Below, piece by piece: positions 1-9,312 of a stretch of DNA of 64,000 nucleotides (position 1 is its first letter; each line of letters opens with the position of its first letter). The position numbers were made by a program, and so were the translations under genes. The notes beneath the pieces were generated by a model. That model searched no databases, had not been told where the DNA came from, and was given only the letters and a program-made list of their open reading frames with translations. This DNA comes from Bacillota bacterium (lineage in GTDB: Bacteria > Bacillota > Clostridia > Christensenellales > Aristaeellaceae), in assembly GCA_023436585.1 (NCBI GenBank), contig JAEZIN010000027.1:64847-128846 (forward strand). Reading direction: 5' to 3'.

Positions 1-753
1 GATGGCGAGGAGTACTTTGCCATGGCGCTGTTTTTCGCTTCCCACCGCTGGGGTGACGGCCAGCCGCCGCTTGATTATGAAACGCAGGCACGGGATATTC
101 TGCGCCACTGCGTGCATCAGCATGAAATGGTCGCGGGCGGCCAGCCCATGTGGGAGCCCGAAAACGCGCTGATCAAATTCGTTCCGGAGCTGCCTTTCTC
201 CGATCCGTCGTACCATCTCCCCCATTTTTATGAACTGTTCTCCCGCTGGGCGGATGAGAGTGACCGTCCCTTCTGGGCGCGTGCCGCGATAAAAAGCCGG
301 GAATATCTTACAATAGCGTGCCATCCGGAAACAGGTCTTGCGCCGGAGTATGCGCATTACGACGGCACGCCTGAATCAAGCCGCGGCCACGGTGATTTTT
401 TCAGCGACGCGTACCGCGTGGCCATGAACATCGGTCTGGATTCCTTGTGGTTTGGCAAACGGCCGGAATATAAAAGAATAACGGACCATTTGCAGTCTTT
501 TCTTTTTGACAAAGAGCCGTATATGACCTACCGCATAGACGGTACACCGGTGGAACCGCCCGCCCTGCACCCCACGGCTGTCATTGCCACCACAGCCGCC
601 GCTTCGCTGGCCACGGATACGGTTTTATCGAAAGAATGGGTGCATAAGTTCTGGAACACGCCGCTTCGCACAGGGGAGCGCCGCTACTATGACAATTGCT
701 TGTACTTTTTCTGCATGCTTATGCTGGCGGGGGAATACCATATTTATGAATAG
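1..753 (+). CDS. Glycoside hydrolase, GH8-like (alpha/alpha)6-barrel; 5'-partial, the reading frame is open to base 1. Possibly a reducing-end xylose-releasing exo-oligoxylanase
   Basis: No stop from base 1 to 753. The C-terminal ...YYDNCLYFFCMLMLAGEY resembles GH8 C-termini. Sits next to xylan-utilisation genes. Family assigned from memory only. Confidence 0.5.
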   Translation, partial: DGEEYFAMALFFASHRWGDGQPPLDYETQARDILRHCVHQHEMVAGGQPMWEPENALIKFVPELPFSDPSYHLPHFYELFSRWADESDRPFWARAAIKSREYLTIACHPETGLAPEYAHYDGTPESSRGHGDFFSDAYRVAMNIGLDSLWFGKRPEYKRITDHLQSFLFDKEPYMTYRIDGTPVEPPALHPTAVIATTAAASLATDTVLSKEWVHKFWNTPLRTGERRYYDNCLYFFCMLMLAGEYHIYE

Positions 754-887
754 CGGATTTTGTCAGCTATAGTTTCTCCGGTAGATAGTACGATTGTGAC
801 CATTACGCACGTTAATTGTATATGCTATGCTCTTATTATGAAAGAGGGCTGTGCGAAAGCCCCAAATTGCAAGAGGAGGAGACCTAT

Positions 888-2543
888 ATGCGTAAGCTGG
901 TTACCCTTCTGCTGGCGCTGGCATTGTTTGTGACAATGCTATCCATACCTGCGCTGGCCGAAAGCAAGGAAGAACCCATTACCGTGTCGGTATTTGTCGG
1001 CGAGGCCAGGGACCAACCCACATCCGACAACCCGATCTTCAAGAAAATTGAAGAGGAATTCGGCATCAAGTTTGAGTTCGAGTTCCTTGCCGGAGACCTT
1101 CGCGAGACCTTGGGCATCAAAATTGCCGGACAGGATTACGCTGACCTGATGGACGGCGGCAACAGCGAAGACTTGATTGAAGCAGGCGCTTTAATCGACC
1201 TGATGCCCTACATCAGCAAGGAAAAGACTCCCAACCTCTATACCCACCTGGAGCCCTATTTCAAGCGTCTGCTCAACGACAAGGGCCAGTTGTTCGTTAT
1301 TCCCAACTTCGGCCGTCAATACAACACCGAAGCCTATGGCCTGAACTATGTCAACGGCCCCGCTTTCTTCGTCCAGAAGAAGGTTCTTGCCTGGGATAAC
1401 TACCCCATGATCAAGACCATGGACCAGTACTTTGACCTGATCGAGCGCTACATGGCCGCCAACCCCACAGACGAGAAAGGCAACCCCAACACGGGCTTTG
1501 CCATCCTGTGCGACAGCTGGCGCGCCTTCTGCCTCTTCAACCCCGTACAGCACCTGATGGGCCGCCCCAATGACGGCGACGTCATCGTGGATATCAACAA
1601 CAACTACAAGACCGAAGCGTATGTCATTCAGCCCTACGCCAAGGCCTACTACAAAAAGCTCAACGAAATGTACCACAAGGGCCTGATCTCCCAGGACACC
1701 TTCGTCATGAACTATGACCAGTACATCGCCAAAATTTCCAGCGGCACCGTCGTGGGCATGTTCGACCAGGCCTGGGACTTCCAGGATGCCACCAACGCCT
1801 TGAACACCGCCAAGATGTATGAGAGCACCTACCAGGGCCTGCCCATCGTCTATGATCCCCAGTATGTTGACGGCAAGGAAATTGAGGAGCACTACCTCAA
1901 TGGCGGCGTCATCAACGTGAACCGCGGCTTCGGCATCTCTGTCAACTGCAAATATCCCGAACGCCTGGTCAGCATGATCGAGGCCATGCTCAGCGACGAA
2001 TGGCAGAAGCTCTTCGCCTGGGGCGTCGAAGGCGAAGGATATTATGTGGAAAACGGCCGCATGCTGCGCACCCGTGAACAGTACGATAACGCTCAAAACG
2101 CCGTGTGGCGCAATGCCAACACCGCGTATGCCCTGTGGCAGAGCCTGCCCAAGAAGCAGGGTATCATGGATGACGGCAACTACTGGGATCCCAACCGTCA
2201 GCCGGAAATCTACTTCAGCCTGATGAGCGACTACGACAAAGAGTTCCTGACCAAGTACAACATGCAGATCCCCCTTGATTTCTTCAACGATCCCATCACG
2301 CTGGCCCCCTACGGCGAAGCCTGGCAGATCGACGTCACGGTTGACACGGATGCCGATGATGCCAAAGCCGCCTTCCAGGATATTCAGCGCCGCGACCTGC
2401 CCCAGCTCATCATGGCGGATCCCGCCGAGTTTGATGCCAAGTGGGACGCGTTCGTAAAGAGTGTGGAAGAGATTCCGATTTCGGACTTTGTGGACTTCAT
2501 GCAGGAGCAGATCCTCAAGCTGGTGGAAAAGAACGCCAACTGA
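888..2543 (+). CDS. Extracellular solute-binding protein, large family-1 (LplA/DUF3502-like) sugar ABC transporter SBP
   Basis: RBS AAGAGGAGGAG 8 nt before ATG at 888. N-terminal signal peptide (KLVTLLLALALFVTMLSIPALA) with no lipobox Cys. ~550 aa as typical for LplA-type SBPs. Followed by LplB/LplC-type permeases. Confidence 0.85.
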   Translation: MRKLVTLLLALALFVTMLSIPALAESKEEPITVSVFVGEARDQPTSDNPIFKKIEEEFGIKFEFEFLAGDLRETLGIKIAGQDYADLMDGGNSEDLIEAGALIDLMPYISKEKTPNLYTHLEPYFKRLLNDKGQLFVIPNFGRQYNTEAYGLNYVNGPAFFVQKKVLAWDNYPMIKTMDQYFDLIERYMAANPTDEKGNPNTGFAILCDSWRAFCLFNPVQHLMGRPNDGDVIVDINNNYKTEAYVIQPYAKAYYKKLNEMYHKGLISQDTFVMNYDQYIAKISSGTVVGMFDQAWDFQDATNALNTAKMYESTYQGLPIVYDPQYVDGKEIEEHYLNGGVINVNRGFGISVNCKYPERLVSMIEAMLSDEWQKLFAWGVEGEGYYVENGRMLRTREQYDNAQNAVWRNANTAYALWQSLPKKQGIMDDGNYWDPNRQPEIYFSLMSDYDKEFLTKYNMQIPLDFFNDPITLAPYGEAWQIDVTVDTDADDAKAAFQDIQRRDLPQLIMADPAEFDAKWDAFVKSVEEIPISDFVDFMQEQILKLVEKNAN

Positions 2544-2562
2544 TCAGACTGGCATTTAGCCC

Positions 2563-2603
2563 CGGCGGCGGAAGGGAGGCTTCCCTCCCGCCGCTTATTT
2601 CTT
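2563..2603 (+). terminator. Intrinsic terminator hairpin (GGCGGAAGGGAGG-CTT-CCCTCCCGCC) plus T-tract, between SBP and permease genes
   Basis: GC-rich stem-loop read directly, followed by GCTTATTTCTT. Confidence 0.6.
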
Positions 2604-2630
2604 CCATCATGACGCAAGGAAGGTGTTCTT

Positions 2631-3593
2631 ATGAGACGGGCCAAAGCCACCACCCTCTTGACGCCTGCGGCACATCTGGGAAAGGGCATCTCCAAGTGGC
2701 AGCTTTTATGGCAGCAGAAGCAGCTGATGCTGATGTCTGTGCCAATGCTTCTTTATATCCTGCTGTTCAATTATTCCCCTATCTGGGGTTGGATCACAGC
2801 CTTCATGGATTATGAACCCGCGGCCCCCTTGTTTTCCAATCAATGGGTCGGGCTGGAAAATTTCCGCTGGCTGTTTAAAAAACCGGAGTTTATCCAAAGC
2901 ATCCGCAATACCTTTGCCATGGCCACCATCAACCTGGTGTTTGGCTTTGTTTTCCCCATTGCATTAGCACTTTTTTTGAATGAAATCAGAAGCAGAAGCT
3001 TCAAACGTACGGTGCAGACCGTTACCTACCTGCCCCACTTTTTAAGCTGGGTTATCGTCGTAGGCCTAGCCCAGAACATTTTTACCAGTGACGGCATCAT
3101 CAATGAGATGCTCATAAAACTGGGCCTGGTCAAGCAGCCCGTGTTTTTCCTTGGGGAAGGGAAATACTTTTGGTGGCTGGTAGGCGCCATCAATATCTGG
3201 AAGGAATGCGGCTGGAACACCATTATTTATTTGGCTGCCATGTCCGCTATTGACCCAGCCTTGTACGAGGCGGCAGAAATAGACGGAGCCGGCCGCTTCA
3301 AGCGCATGCTGCATATCACCCTTCCGGGCATCAAGTCTACATTCCTTGTGCTTTTGATTATGAACATCGGTTACCTGATGGAAGCCGGGTTTGAAATACA
3401 ATACCTGATGGGCCAGAACCTGGTGATGGACTGGTCGCAAACCATCGATATCTTTGCGCTCAAGTACGGCATTACCAAAGGCCAGTACAGCCGTGCCATC
3501 GCGGCAGGCATCTTCAAGAGTACAGTTTCCATCGCGCTGGTGCTGTCCGCAAACTTCCTGGTGAAGAAGTTTGACGAAAGCACATTACTGTAA
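2631..3593 (+). CDS. Sugar ABC transporter permease, LplB/YtcP-like (BPD_transp_1, long N-terminus)
   Basis: EAAEIDGAGRFKRMLHITLPGIKS EAA-loop motif. Six-TM pattern. Position directly after the SBP. Confidence 0.85.
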   Translation: MRRAKATTLLTPAAHLGKGISKWQLLWQQKQLMLMSVPMLLYILLFNYSPIWGWITAFMDYEPAAPLFSNQWVGLENFRWLFKKPEFIQSIRNTFAMATINLVFGFVFPIALALFLNEIRSRSFKRTVQTVTYLPHFLSWVIVVGLAQNIFTSDGIINEMLIKLGLVKQPVFFLGEGKYFWWLVGAINIWKECGWNTIIYLAAMSAIDPALYEAAEIDGAGRFKRMLHITLPGIKSTFLVLLIMNIGYLMEAGFEIQYLMGQNLVMDWSQTIDIFALKYGITKGQYSRAIAAGIFKSTVSIALVLSANFLVKKFDESTLL

Positions 3594-3632
3594 GGCAAGA
3601 ATGCCAAATATGACAGGAAGAGAGATGGAACG

Positions 3633-4544
3633 ATGAATACGTTTTCCGGGAAAATCAGGCCCCTGCGCCGCCGCAGCCCGTTTCCGGTGATCAACACGGT
3701 GGGCATGTGCATTCTGATGTTCGTTACGCTCTATCCGGTGCTCAATACCCTGGCTATATCCTTCAACGACGGCACTGATGCCGTGCGCGGCGGCATCAAG
3801 CTGTGGCCGCGGGTGTTCAGCCTGAAGAGCTACGAAACCATCTTCATTGATGAAACAATCTATTCCGCATTCTTTATCACTGTGTCCAGAACTGTTGTCC
3901 AGACCGTGCTCAACATTGTGCTGACCTCCATGCTGGCCTATGCGCTAAGCCGGAAGGAGTATGTGCTCAGGAAGCTGATTACTACCATGTTTGTTCTCAC
4001 GATGTACGTCAACGCGGGTCTGATCCCCAATTACCTGCTGATCAATAATACCTTGGGGCTATCGAAGTCCTTTTGGGTGTACATCATCCCCACCATGGTC
4101 AGCTGCTTCAACATGATCGTGATAAGAACCTATATTCTTGGCCTGCCGGAAGCCCTGGTGGAGTCGGCGCGCATAGACGGTGCCGGGGACCTGTACCTTT
4201 TCTGGAGGATTATTTTCCCCTTGTGCCTGCCTGTGCTTGCCACAGTGGCCTTGTTTGTGGCGGTTGGCGCGTGGAACAGCTGGTTTGATACTCACCTGTA
4301 CAATGCCAGCAAACAGAAGCTGCACACGCTGCAATACCTGCTGCGCATGAAGCTGGCCACCACCAACAACAGCGCCAATGCTGCCAAATCTACCGCTGAC
4401 GCACTGGCTTCCACCACCCTGACGACGCCCATCACCATAAGAGCCGCCATTACTGTCGTATCGGCGGCCCCCATATTGGCGATCTATCCGTTTTTGCAGC
4501 GCTATTTCGTGGTGGGCCTGAGCATCGGCAGTGTCAAGGGTTGA
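3633..4544 (+). CDS. Sugar ABC transporter permease, LplC-like
   Basis: ARIDGAGDLYLFWRIIFPLCLP motif. Hydrophobic TM segments. Follows the LplB-like gene. Confidence 0.85.
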   Translation: MNTFSGKIRPLRRRSPFPVINTVGMCILMFVTLYPVLNTLAISFNDGTDAVRGGIKLWPRVFSLKSYETIFIDETIYSAFFITVSRTVVQTVLNIVLTSMLAYALSRKEYVLRKLITTMFVLTMYVNAGLIPNYLLINNTLGLSKSFWVYIIPTMVSCFNMIVIRTYILGLPEALVESARIDGAGDLYLFWRIIFPLCLPVLATVALFVAVGAWNSWFDTHLYNASKQKLHTLQYLLRMKLATTNNSANAAKSTADALASTTLTTPITIRAAITVVSAAPILAIYPFLQRYFVVGLSIGSVKG

Positions 4545-5880
4545 TCAAGTGCCGGTATTCCTTGGGTGTCTTCCCATAGCATTGCTTGAAATGGATCAAG
4601 AACTGTTTGTATTGCACGTAACCGACCGCGTCGGCCACAAGGTGGACGGGTAAATTAGTCTGAAGCAGCATTTCGGCGGCCTTTTGAATCCGAAGGCTGT
4701 TCAAAAAATCACGGAAACCCGAACCTGTTTCTTCGCGAAAGACTCTGCCAAGATAGGTAGCGTTATAGCCCAGTGCTTTTGCCACGCCAAACAGTGTCAA
4801 TTGCTCCGCGTGATGTGCGGCCAGGTAAGCTTTCACCTGGCCGCTTAACCGTTTTGGATCGGGCGTTAAAAGATGCATGGCCAGCCGGCCCAGGGATTTG
4901 ATATCCTGACTGGACCCGCTAAGAAGGCTTCGCAGTTTGTCTGTTTCCTGCGCAAACTGCTGGGCGCACAGCGCGTGGAACAATTCGTATGCCTTGGTTT
5001 TGGCGGCGCTGCCTCTCAGTTCGCAAAAGGACAGCAAATCATCGCTCTTTTGCTCAAAGGCCTCATACTGCAAAAGAGAAACGGCATCCTTCAGCTCCTG
5101 CGCCCTATGCACCAGCTCCGCTTCGCAGTCGTCAAGCTGAGCGCAAATGGCAAGCCGAAGCTCCATCAGTTCCTTTGCTGTGCTTGTCTCCCGGCTTGCG
5201 GCCAGTTCTCTCCTGTGTGCGAGCAGTGCCCGGCGAAGGGAATCCAGCGGTGCGGCCATTAATGTATCCTTGGAATGAAGCACCAGCCATTCCTTGCCGT
5301 CCAAGATGTGTGTTGTCGCACGTATGCCTGTATCCTGGAAGCCCTCCAGGATGGCCGCCACAACATCATAGGGAAGCGGGACCCCCCAGGTAAAAAGCTG
5401 CCATACGCCCTCCAGCGGCGGCTGGTTCTTTGGAGTCTGGCCCGTGAGCAGGGCCGTAACGGCCTGCTGGTAGGCAGCCTGGGGAAGCCTGTGCTTCAGC
5501 TCCTTGTTGATCAAGGATTTGCGCACCTGTTCCAATACTTGGGACGCTTCGGCTGGATCGACGGGCTTGAGCAAATAGCCGGCTACATTCAGGCGCATGG
5601 CCCTTTTTGCGTACTCAAAATCACTGTACCCGCTGACCACGATAAAGGCGCCGTCATAGCCGCGGTCCCGGGCGGCCGCCATCAAGGCCAGGCCATCCAT
5701 GTCCGGCATGCGGATATCTGTTACGATCAAATGAGGCCTGTGCGCTATCAGGGCCTCCAGTGCTTCCGTGCCGCTATTGCAGGAGGCGCAGACGGAGAAG
5801 CCTTCCTTTTGCCAATCGATAAGGATCGACAACCCTTCCAACGCAAGAGGCTCGTCATCCACAAGCATCACCCGCAGCAT
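4534..5880 (-). CDS. Response regulator, REC + AraC-type HTH (YesN-like), RR2
   Basis: N-terminal MLVDDEP...DIRMPDMDG receiver domain. C-terminal AraC HTH (…GYVQYKQFLIHFKQCYGKTPKEYR). RBS AAGGAG lies inside the 3' end of the kinase gene. The ATG sits 4 nt after the kinase stop. Confidence 0.85.
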   Translation of the reverse strand: MLRVMLVDDEPLALEGLSILIDWQKEGFSVCASCNSGTEALEALIAHRPHLIVTDIRMPDMDGLALMAAARDRGYDGAFIVVSGYSDFEYAKRAMRLNVAGYLLKPVDPAEASQVLEQVRKSLINKELKHRLPQAAYQQAVTALLTGQTPKNQPPLEGVWQLFTWGVPLPYDVVAAILEGFQDTGIRATTHILDGKEWLVLHSKDTLMAAPLDSLRRALLAHRRELAASRETSTAKELMELRLAICAQLDDCEAELVHRAQELKDAVSLLQYEAFEQKSDDLLSFCELRGSAAKTKAYELFHALCAQQFAQETDKLRSLLSGSSQDIKSLGRLAMHLLTPDPKRLSGQVKAYLAAHHAEQLTLFGVAKALGYNATYLGRVFREETGSGFRDFLNSLRIQKAAEMLLQTNLPVHLVADAVGYVQYKQFLIHFKQCYGKTPKEYRHLINP

Positions 5881-5884
5881 GAGA

Positions 5885-7615
5885 TCACGCTCCTTTCACC
5901 GGGATGCGGATGCTGACAATCATACCGCGGTCCAGCGCGTTTTGAAGCGTCAGGCTTACATTTTCTCCATAATGCAGCTTCAGTCTGCGGTATATGTTTT
6001 GCAGGCCGACGCTGTTTTTCATATCTTCCTGGTCCGCGATCTGCTTTTGCAGGTCAGTAAGCCGCCTTGGGTTGATGCCCACGCCATTGTCGCTGACAGC
6101 AATCAGCAGCATGCCATCTTCCACCCTGGCGCTGATGCGTACAAGGCCCTGGCCGGCAATGTGCTGTATCCCGTGCTTGCATGCATTTTCCACCAGACCC
6201 TGCACGCACATTACGGGTACGGGTACATTCATGGCATCCTCGCTGATGTCAAAATCATACTGCAGCTTGTCGCCAAAGCGGAATCTTTCGATTTTCAGCA
6301 CCATACGGACAAACTCCAGCTCCTCCTTCAGAGGCAGGATATCCCTGGAGGTGTCTACCATGCGCCGCATGATTTTCGATAAGGGAGATATGATCTCCGC
6401 CAGCTCCGTATAGCCGTTGCGTACGCAAAGCACCAGTATGGCGTTCAGGGTATTGAACAGAAAATGCGGATCGATCTGCGCCTGCAGGTATTTGAGCTCC
6501 GCCCGCACGTTTTCCAGCTCCAGGCTTTTTTGGTGAAGCTGAAGCACATAAATGTCATGGATCAGCTGCTTCAGCCGTTCGCCCATGGCGTTGAAGTGCT
6601 CCATCAGTTCTCCTATCTCGTCCTTCCCCGTCTCTTTCGTGATGGGCGAAAAATGTTCGGCAGTGATGCTGTCCATGTGCCGCAAGAGCCTTTGGCTGCG
6701 CAGTATAATGGAACGGGCAAACAAAAGCGACAGCCCGCCGGCAAACAGGGAGCATACCGCTCCCAGAAGAAGCCCGACCCATATGGCGTTTTGAATGTTC
6801 CTTTCCAGAGGCTCCTTGTTGATGTTGGCCACAAGCTTCCAGCCGCTCATGGCCGTGCTGCCGCCAAAGGCGCGGGTCAGGTCCACGGAGGATGGCGGCA
6901 TGGTGTCGCGCTTGGCTACCATGCTGTCCGTCATGCTGCCGGGATAGCTGACGGCGGAGCCGTCCGGGGCCACAAGGTAAATGGCAAGATAGGCGCTTTC
7001 CTGTTCCACCACACGGTGGATGGGTTCCATGTTCAGATCCAGCTTCAACAGCTGGGTATAGGCGGAGGCATTGTTCATCAGCCGCAATATGCTAAGCTGC
7101 AAGCGTGATCCTGTGGCCGGAGGCTGGCGTATGTAGGTGATCAATACGGGTGCAAGGGTGATTTCTTTTTGATACCAGTCTTCCCTTTCGGTTTCCTTCG
7201 TGAGCCTTAGGCAATAGCCCCCGTTGAACATGGTGGGGTTGTCGGTATAAATCTCAATGCCGGTGGCCTGCTCCACATAGGCGTACAGGTAGCGGTTCAT
7301 GATGGGACGAAACTCGGTGTAATAATGGGCGTAGTATTCTGGCGGCGATGTGTAGCGCCTGTCCAGCAGTGCTTTCAATTGCGCGTCGGTGGATACGTTA
7401 TTGCTTAAAGACGCCGCCTGGGAAAACTGCGTTTCCAATGTCGTATATACCCTGTCCAGCGATTGCAGCGCGTTTTGATATTCCCTTTGGCGTATCTCCT
7501 CCGTAACGTTGGTGAGCACGTACGTTAAAAGCGCGGCAATGGGCAGTAAAACGCCCAGCAGAAATTGTAGTATAAATTTGCTTCTGATGGGCAGATCGTT
7601 GATACGTATTTTCAT
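5885..7615 (-). CDS. Sensor histidine kinase, YesM-like (2 TM + extracytoplasmic domain + HAMP + His_kinase + HATPase_c), HK1
   Basis: True start MKIRINDL at 7615 (RBS GGAGG) overlaps the stop of upstream RR1 (ATGA). Motifs AQIDPHFLFNTLN and a GLVENAC…DNGVGI ATPase. The 190-aa N-terminal extension in the ORF track overlaps RR1 and is spurious. Confidence 0.85.
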   Translation of the reverse strand: MKIRINDLPIRSKFILQFLLGVLLPIAALLTYVLTNVTEEIRQREYQNALQSLDRVYTTLETQFSQAASLSNNVSTDAQLKALLDRRYTSPPEYYAHYYTEFRPIMNRYLYAYVEQATGIEIYTDNPTMFNGGYCLRLTKETEREDWYQKEITLAPVLITYIRQPPATGSRLQLSILRLMNNASAYTQLLKLDLNMEPIHRVVEQESAYLAIYLVAPDGSAVSYPGSMTDSMVAKRDTMPPSSVDLTRAFGGSTAMSGWKLVANINKEPLERNIQNAIWVGLLLGAVCSLFAGGLSLLFARSIILRSQRLLRHMDSITAEHFSPITKETGKDEIGELMEHFNAMGERLKQLIHDIYVLQLHQKSLELENVRAELKYLQAQIDPHFLFNTLNAILVLCVRNGYTELAEIISPLSKIMRRMVDTSRDILPLKEELEFVRMVLKIERFRFGDKLQYDFDISEDAMNVPVPVMCVQGLVENACKHGIQHIAGQGLVRISARVEDGMLLIAVSDNGVGINPRRLTDLQKQIADQEDMKNSVGLQNIYRRLKLHYGENVSLTLQNALDRGMIVSIRIPVKGA

Positions 7616-9129
7616 CCGCCCTGCACCTCCCTCTCTCCGGCCGCGCTGCGGTACGACTGGGGGCTCATGGCCATGCGGACCCGGAACTGCCTTGAAAAAT
7701 AGTCCACATCGCGGAAGCCTACCATGTAGGCAATTTCCCCCACCGGGTTTGCGGTTTGTTTCAGCAGCCGGCATGCGTTCAACAGGCGCGTATCCAGCAA
7801 TAGCGTGTGAAAGGTTTGCCCCGTACAGCGAAGGATCAACTGCCCCAGGTAGGCGGGGTTCATGTGGAGACGGGCGGCCAGGCTGCCAATGGACAGAGGC
7901 TTGTCGTATTCCTTGGCCACCGTATCCACCACCGTGCGAACGGGGGGAGGATAGGCGTCCTTGCCTCCCCCATGTGCCTTTACGGCCTGCATCGTATCGC
8001 AAAAGGCCTGCAGCCATTCCTCCCGGTTCATGGTCTCCGCATTCCACAGCGGTGGAAGAAGCTCGCTGAGCGGCGCAGGCCGGCCAAGCTGTGCGCGGCG
8101 AAGCAGCAGCATGGTCTCCGTTGTTTTGGCCATGTACCGCAGTGCAAAAAGCGGCGGCGATAAGCGCCCCGCCAGCGCGCACAACTCCTCCAGCGCGGAG
8201 GTAAGCTCATCTGGATCGTCGCTTTCCATGGCGTTGATCCATTGCGAAGGATTGGCCTGAAGCATCCAGGCGGAAACAGCCTCATCCGCCGGCTGGTACA
8301 GCCGGAGCGGACCCTGCTGCTTAAAAAGCACGCCGGTGGCGTCCAGCGCCTCGCTGATGCTTTTTCCAAAGCCCTCCGGGCCTCTTCCTACACTGCCAAC
8401 GCTCCATTGCGCCTGAAGATCGAAGCTGCTTTCCAAGCCTTCCTGCAGGCTGATTAACTGGGAGAGGCTGCGTTCGATTTGCTTGAAGCAAAGCCCGCAC
8501 TGATAGGGTGATAGCAAAAACGGCGTGCCGCCGCAGCCGGATAGCAGCAACAGCGCGCCTTCCGGCAGCGGCTTGTTTTTTACGGTTACCACCGCGCAGT
8601 AGCAGGCGTCGCCGCGCTTTAATTCCAGCAGCACGCCGGCGCGGAGCAGGCTTTCCTCCCCTGTGTCGCCGGATGCGATCCTTCGCAGCACCTGGTCCCG
8701 CAGGATCGGCATGCGTTCGCCGGCCTCCTGGCCCAATTGGCTGCGGGCATCGAGTTCTTCCTTGACCTCCAGAAGCGTTTGCTGAACTTCCTGCTGGTCT
8801 ATGGGCTTCACAAGATAGCCGAAGGCATGGGAGCGTATGGCTGACTGGGCAAAAGAAAAATCCTTGTATCCGCTGAAAAACAAAAGAATTGTATCCGGAT
8901 GGTAATGATGGACGATCACGGCCAGGTCAGTGCCCAGCATGCCCGGCATTTTTACGTCTGTGATCACCAGGTGGGGTTTGTATGTATCAATGAGCTGAAG
9001 CGCCTCCTGGGCTGTGGAAGCTTCCGCGCACAGCGTAAAGCCGCAGCCTGACCAATCAATCATCAGGCGCATGCCTTCCAGCATGAAAGGCTCATCATCT
9101 ACGATTATGGCTCGGTACAAGGCATTCAC
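7612..9129 (-). CDS. Response regulator, REC + long linker + AraC-type HTH (YesN-like), RR1; GTG start
   Basis: MNALYRAIIVDDEP…DVKMPGMLG receiver. C-terminal AraC HTH (AYMVGFRDVDYFSRQFR). 505 aa. Confidence 0.8.
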   Translation of the reverse strand: MNALYRAIIVDDEPFMLEGMRLMIDWSGCGFTLCAEASTAQEALQLIDTYKPHLVITDVKMPGMLGTDLAVIVHHYHPDTILLFFSGYKDFSFAQSAIRSHAFGYLVKPIDQQEVQQTLLEVKEELDARSQLGQEAGERMPILRDQVLRRIASGDTGEESLLRAGVLLELKRGDACYCAVVTVKNKPLPEGALLLLSGCGGTPFLLSPYQCGLCFKQIERSLSQLISLQEGLESSFDLQAQWSVGSVGRGPEGFGKSISEALDATGVLFKQQGPLRLYQPADEAVSAWMLQANPSQWINAMESDDPDELTSALEELCALAGRLSPPLFALRYMAKTTETMLLLRRAQLGRPAPLSELLPPLWNAETMNREEWLQAFCDTMQAVKAHGGGKDAYPPPVRTVVDTVAKEYDKPLSIGSLAARLHMNPAYLGQLILRCTGQTFHTLLLDTRLLNACRLLKQTANPVGEIAYMVGFRDVDYFSRQFRVRMAMSPQSYRSAAGEREVQGG

Positions 9130-9182
9130 CGCCTGACAAGAATTTTAATGAGCAGAAAAATTATGTTATTAACATTTGATAT

Positions 9183-9212
9183 ATTATACAGGATGCATGT
9201 CATTGTTGGCAA
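9183..9212 (-). promoter_or_regulatory. Sigma-A-type promoter (TTGCCA-18 nt-TATAAT on minus strand) for the RR1-HK1-RR2 unit
   Basis: Hexamers read directly on the reverse complement, ~50 nt upstream of the RR1 start. Confidence 0.5.
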
Positions 9213-9233
9213 GAAAACGGTCAAATAGAAGGT

Positions 9234-9265
9234 GCCGCGCACAAAGCGGTCCTTTCGTGCGCGGC
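9234..9265 (-). terminator. Hairpin GCCGCGCAC-(14 nt)-GTGCGCGGC, a likely terminator after the upstream permease operon
   Basis: Perfect 9-bp stem read in sequence. T-rich stretch follows on the minus strand. Confidence 0.45.
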
Positions 9266-9312
9266 AAACAATCCGATATGCAATTACATGTGTCAATGAA
9301 AATACGCTTGAT

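Noticed and set aside
7616-8182. 190-aa N-terminal extension of the histidine-kinase ORF (track 5885-8182)
   Set aside because: It overlaps the RR1 coding region in another frame. The real start MKIRINDL at 7615 has a GGAGG RBS and the usual ATGA coupling.
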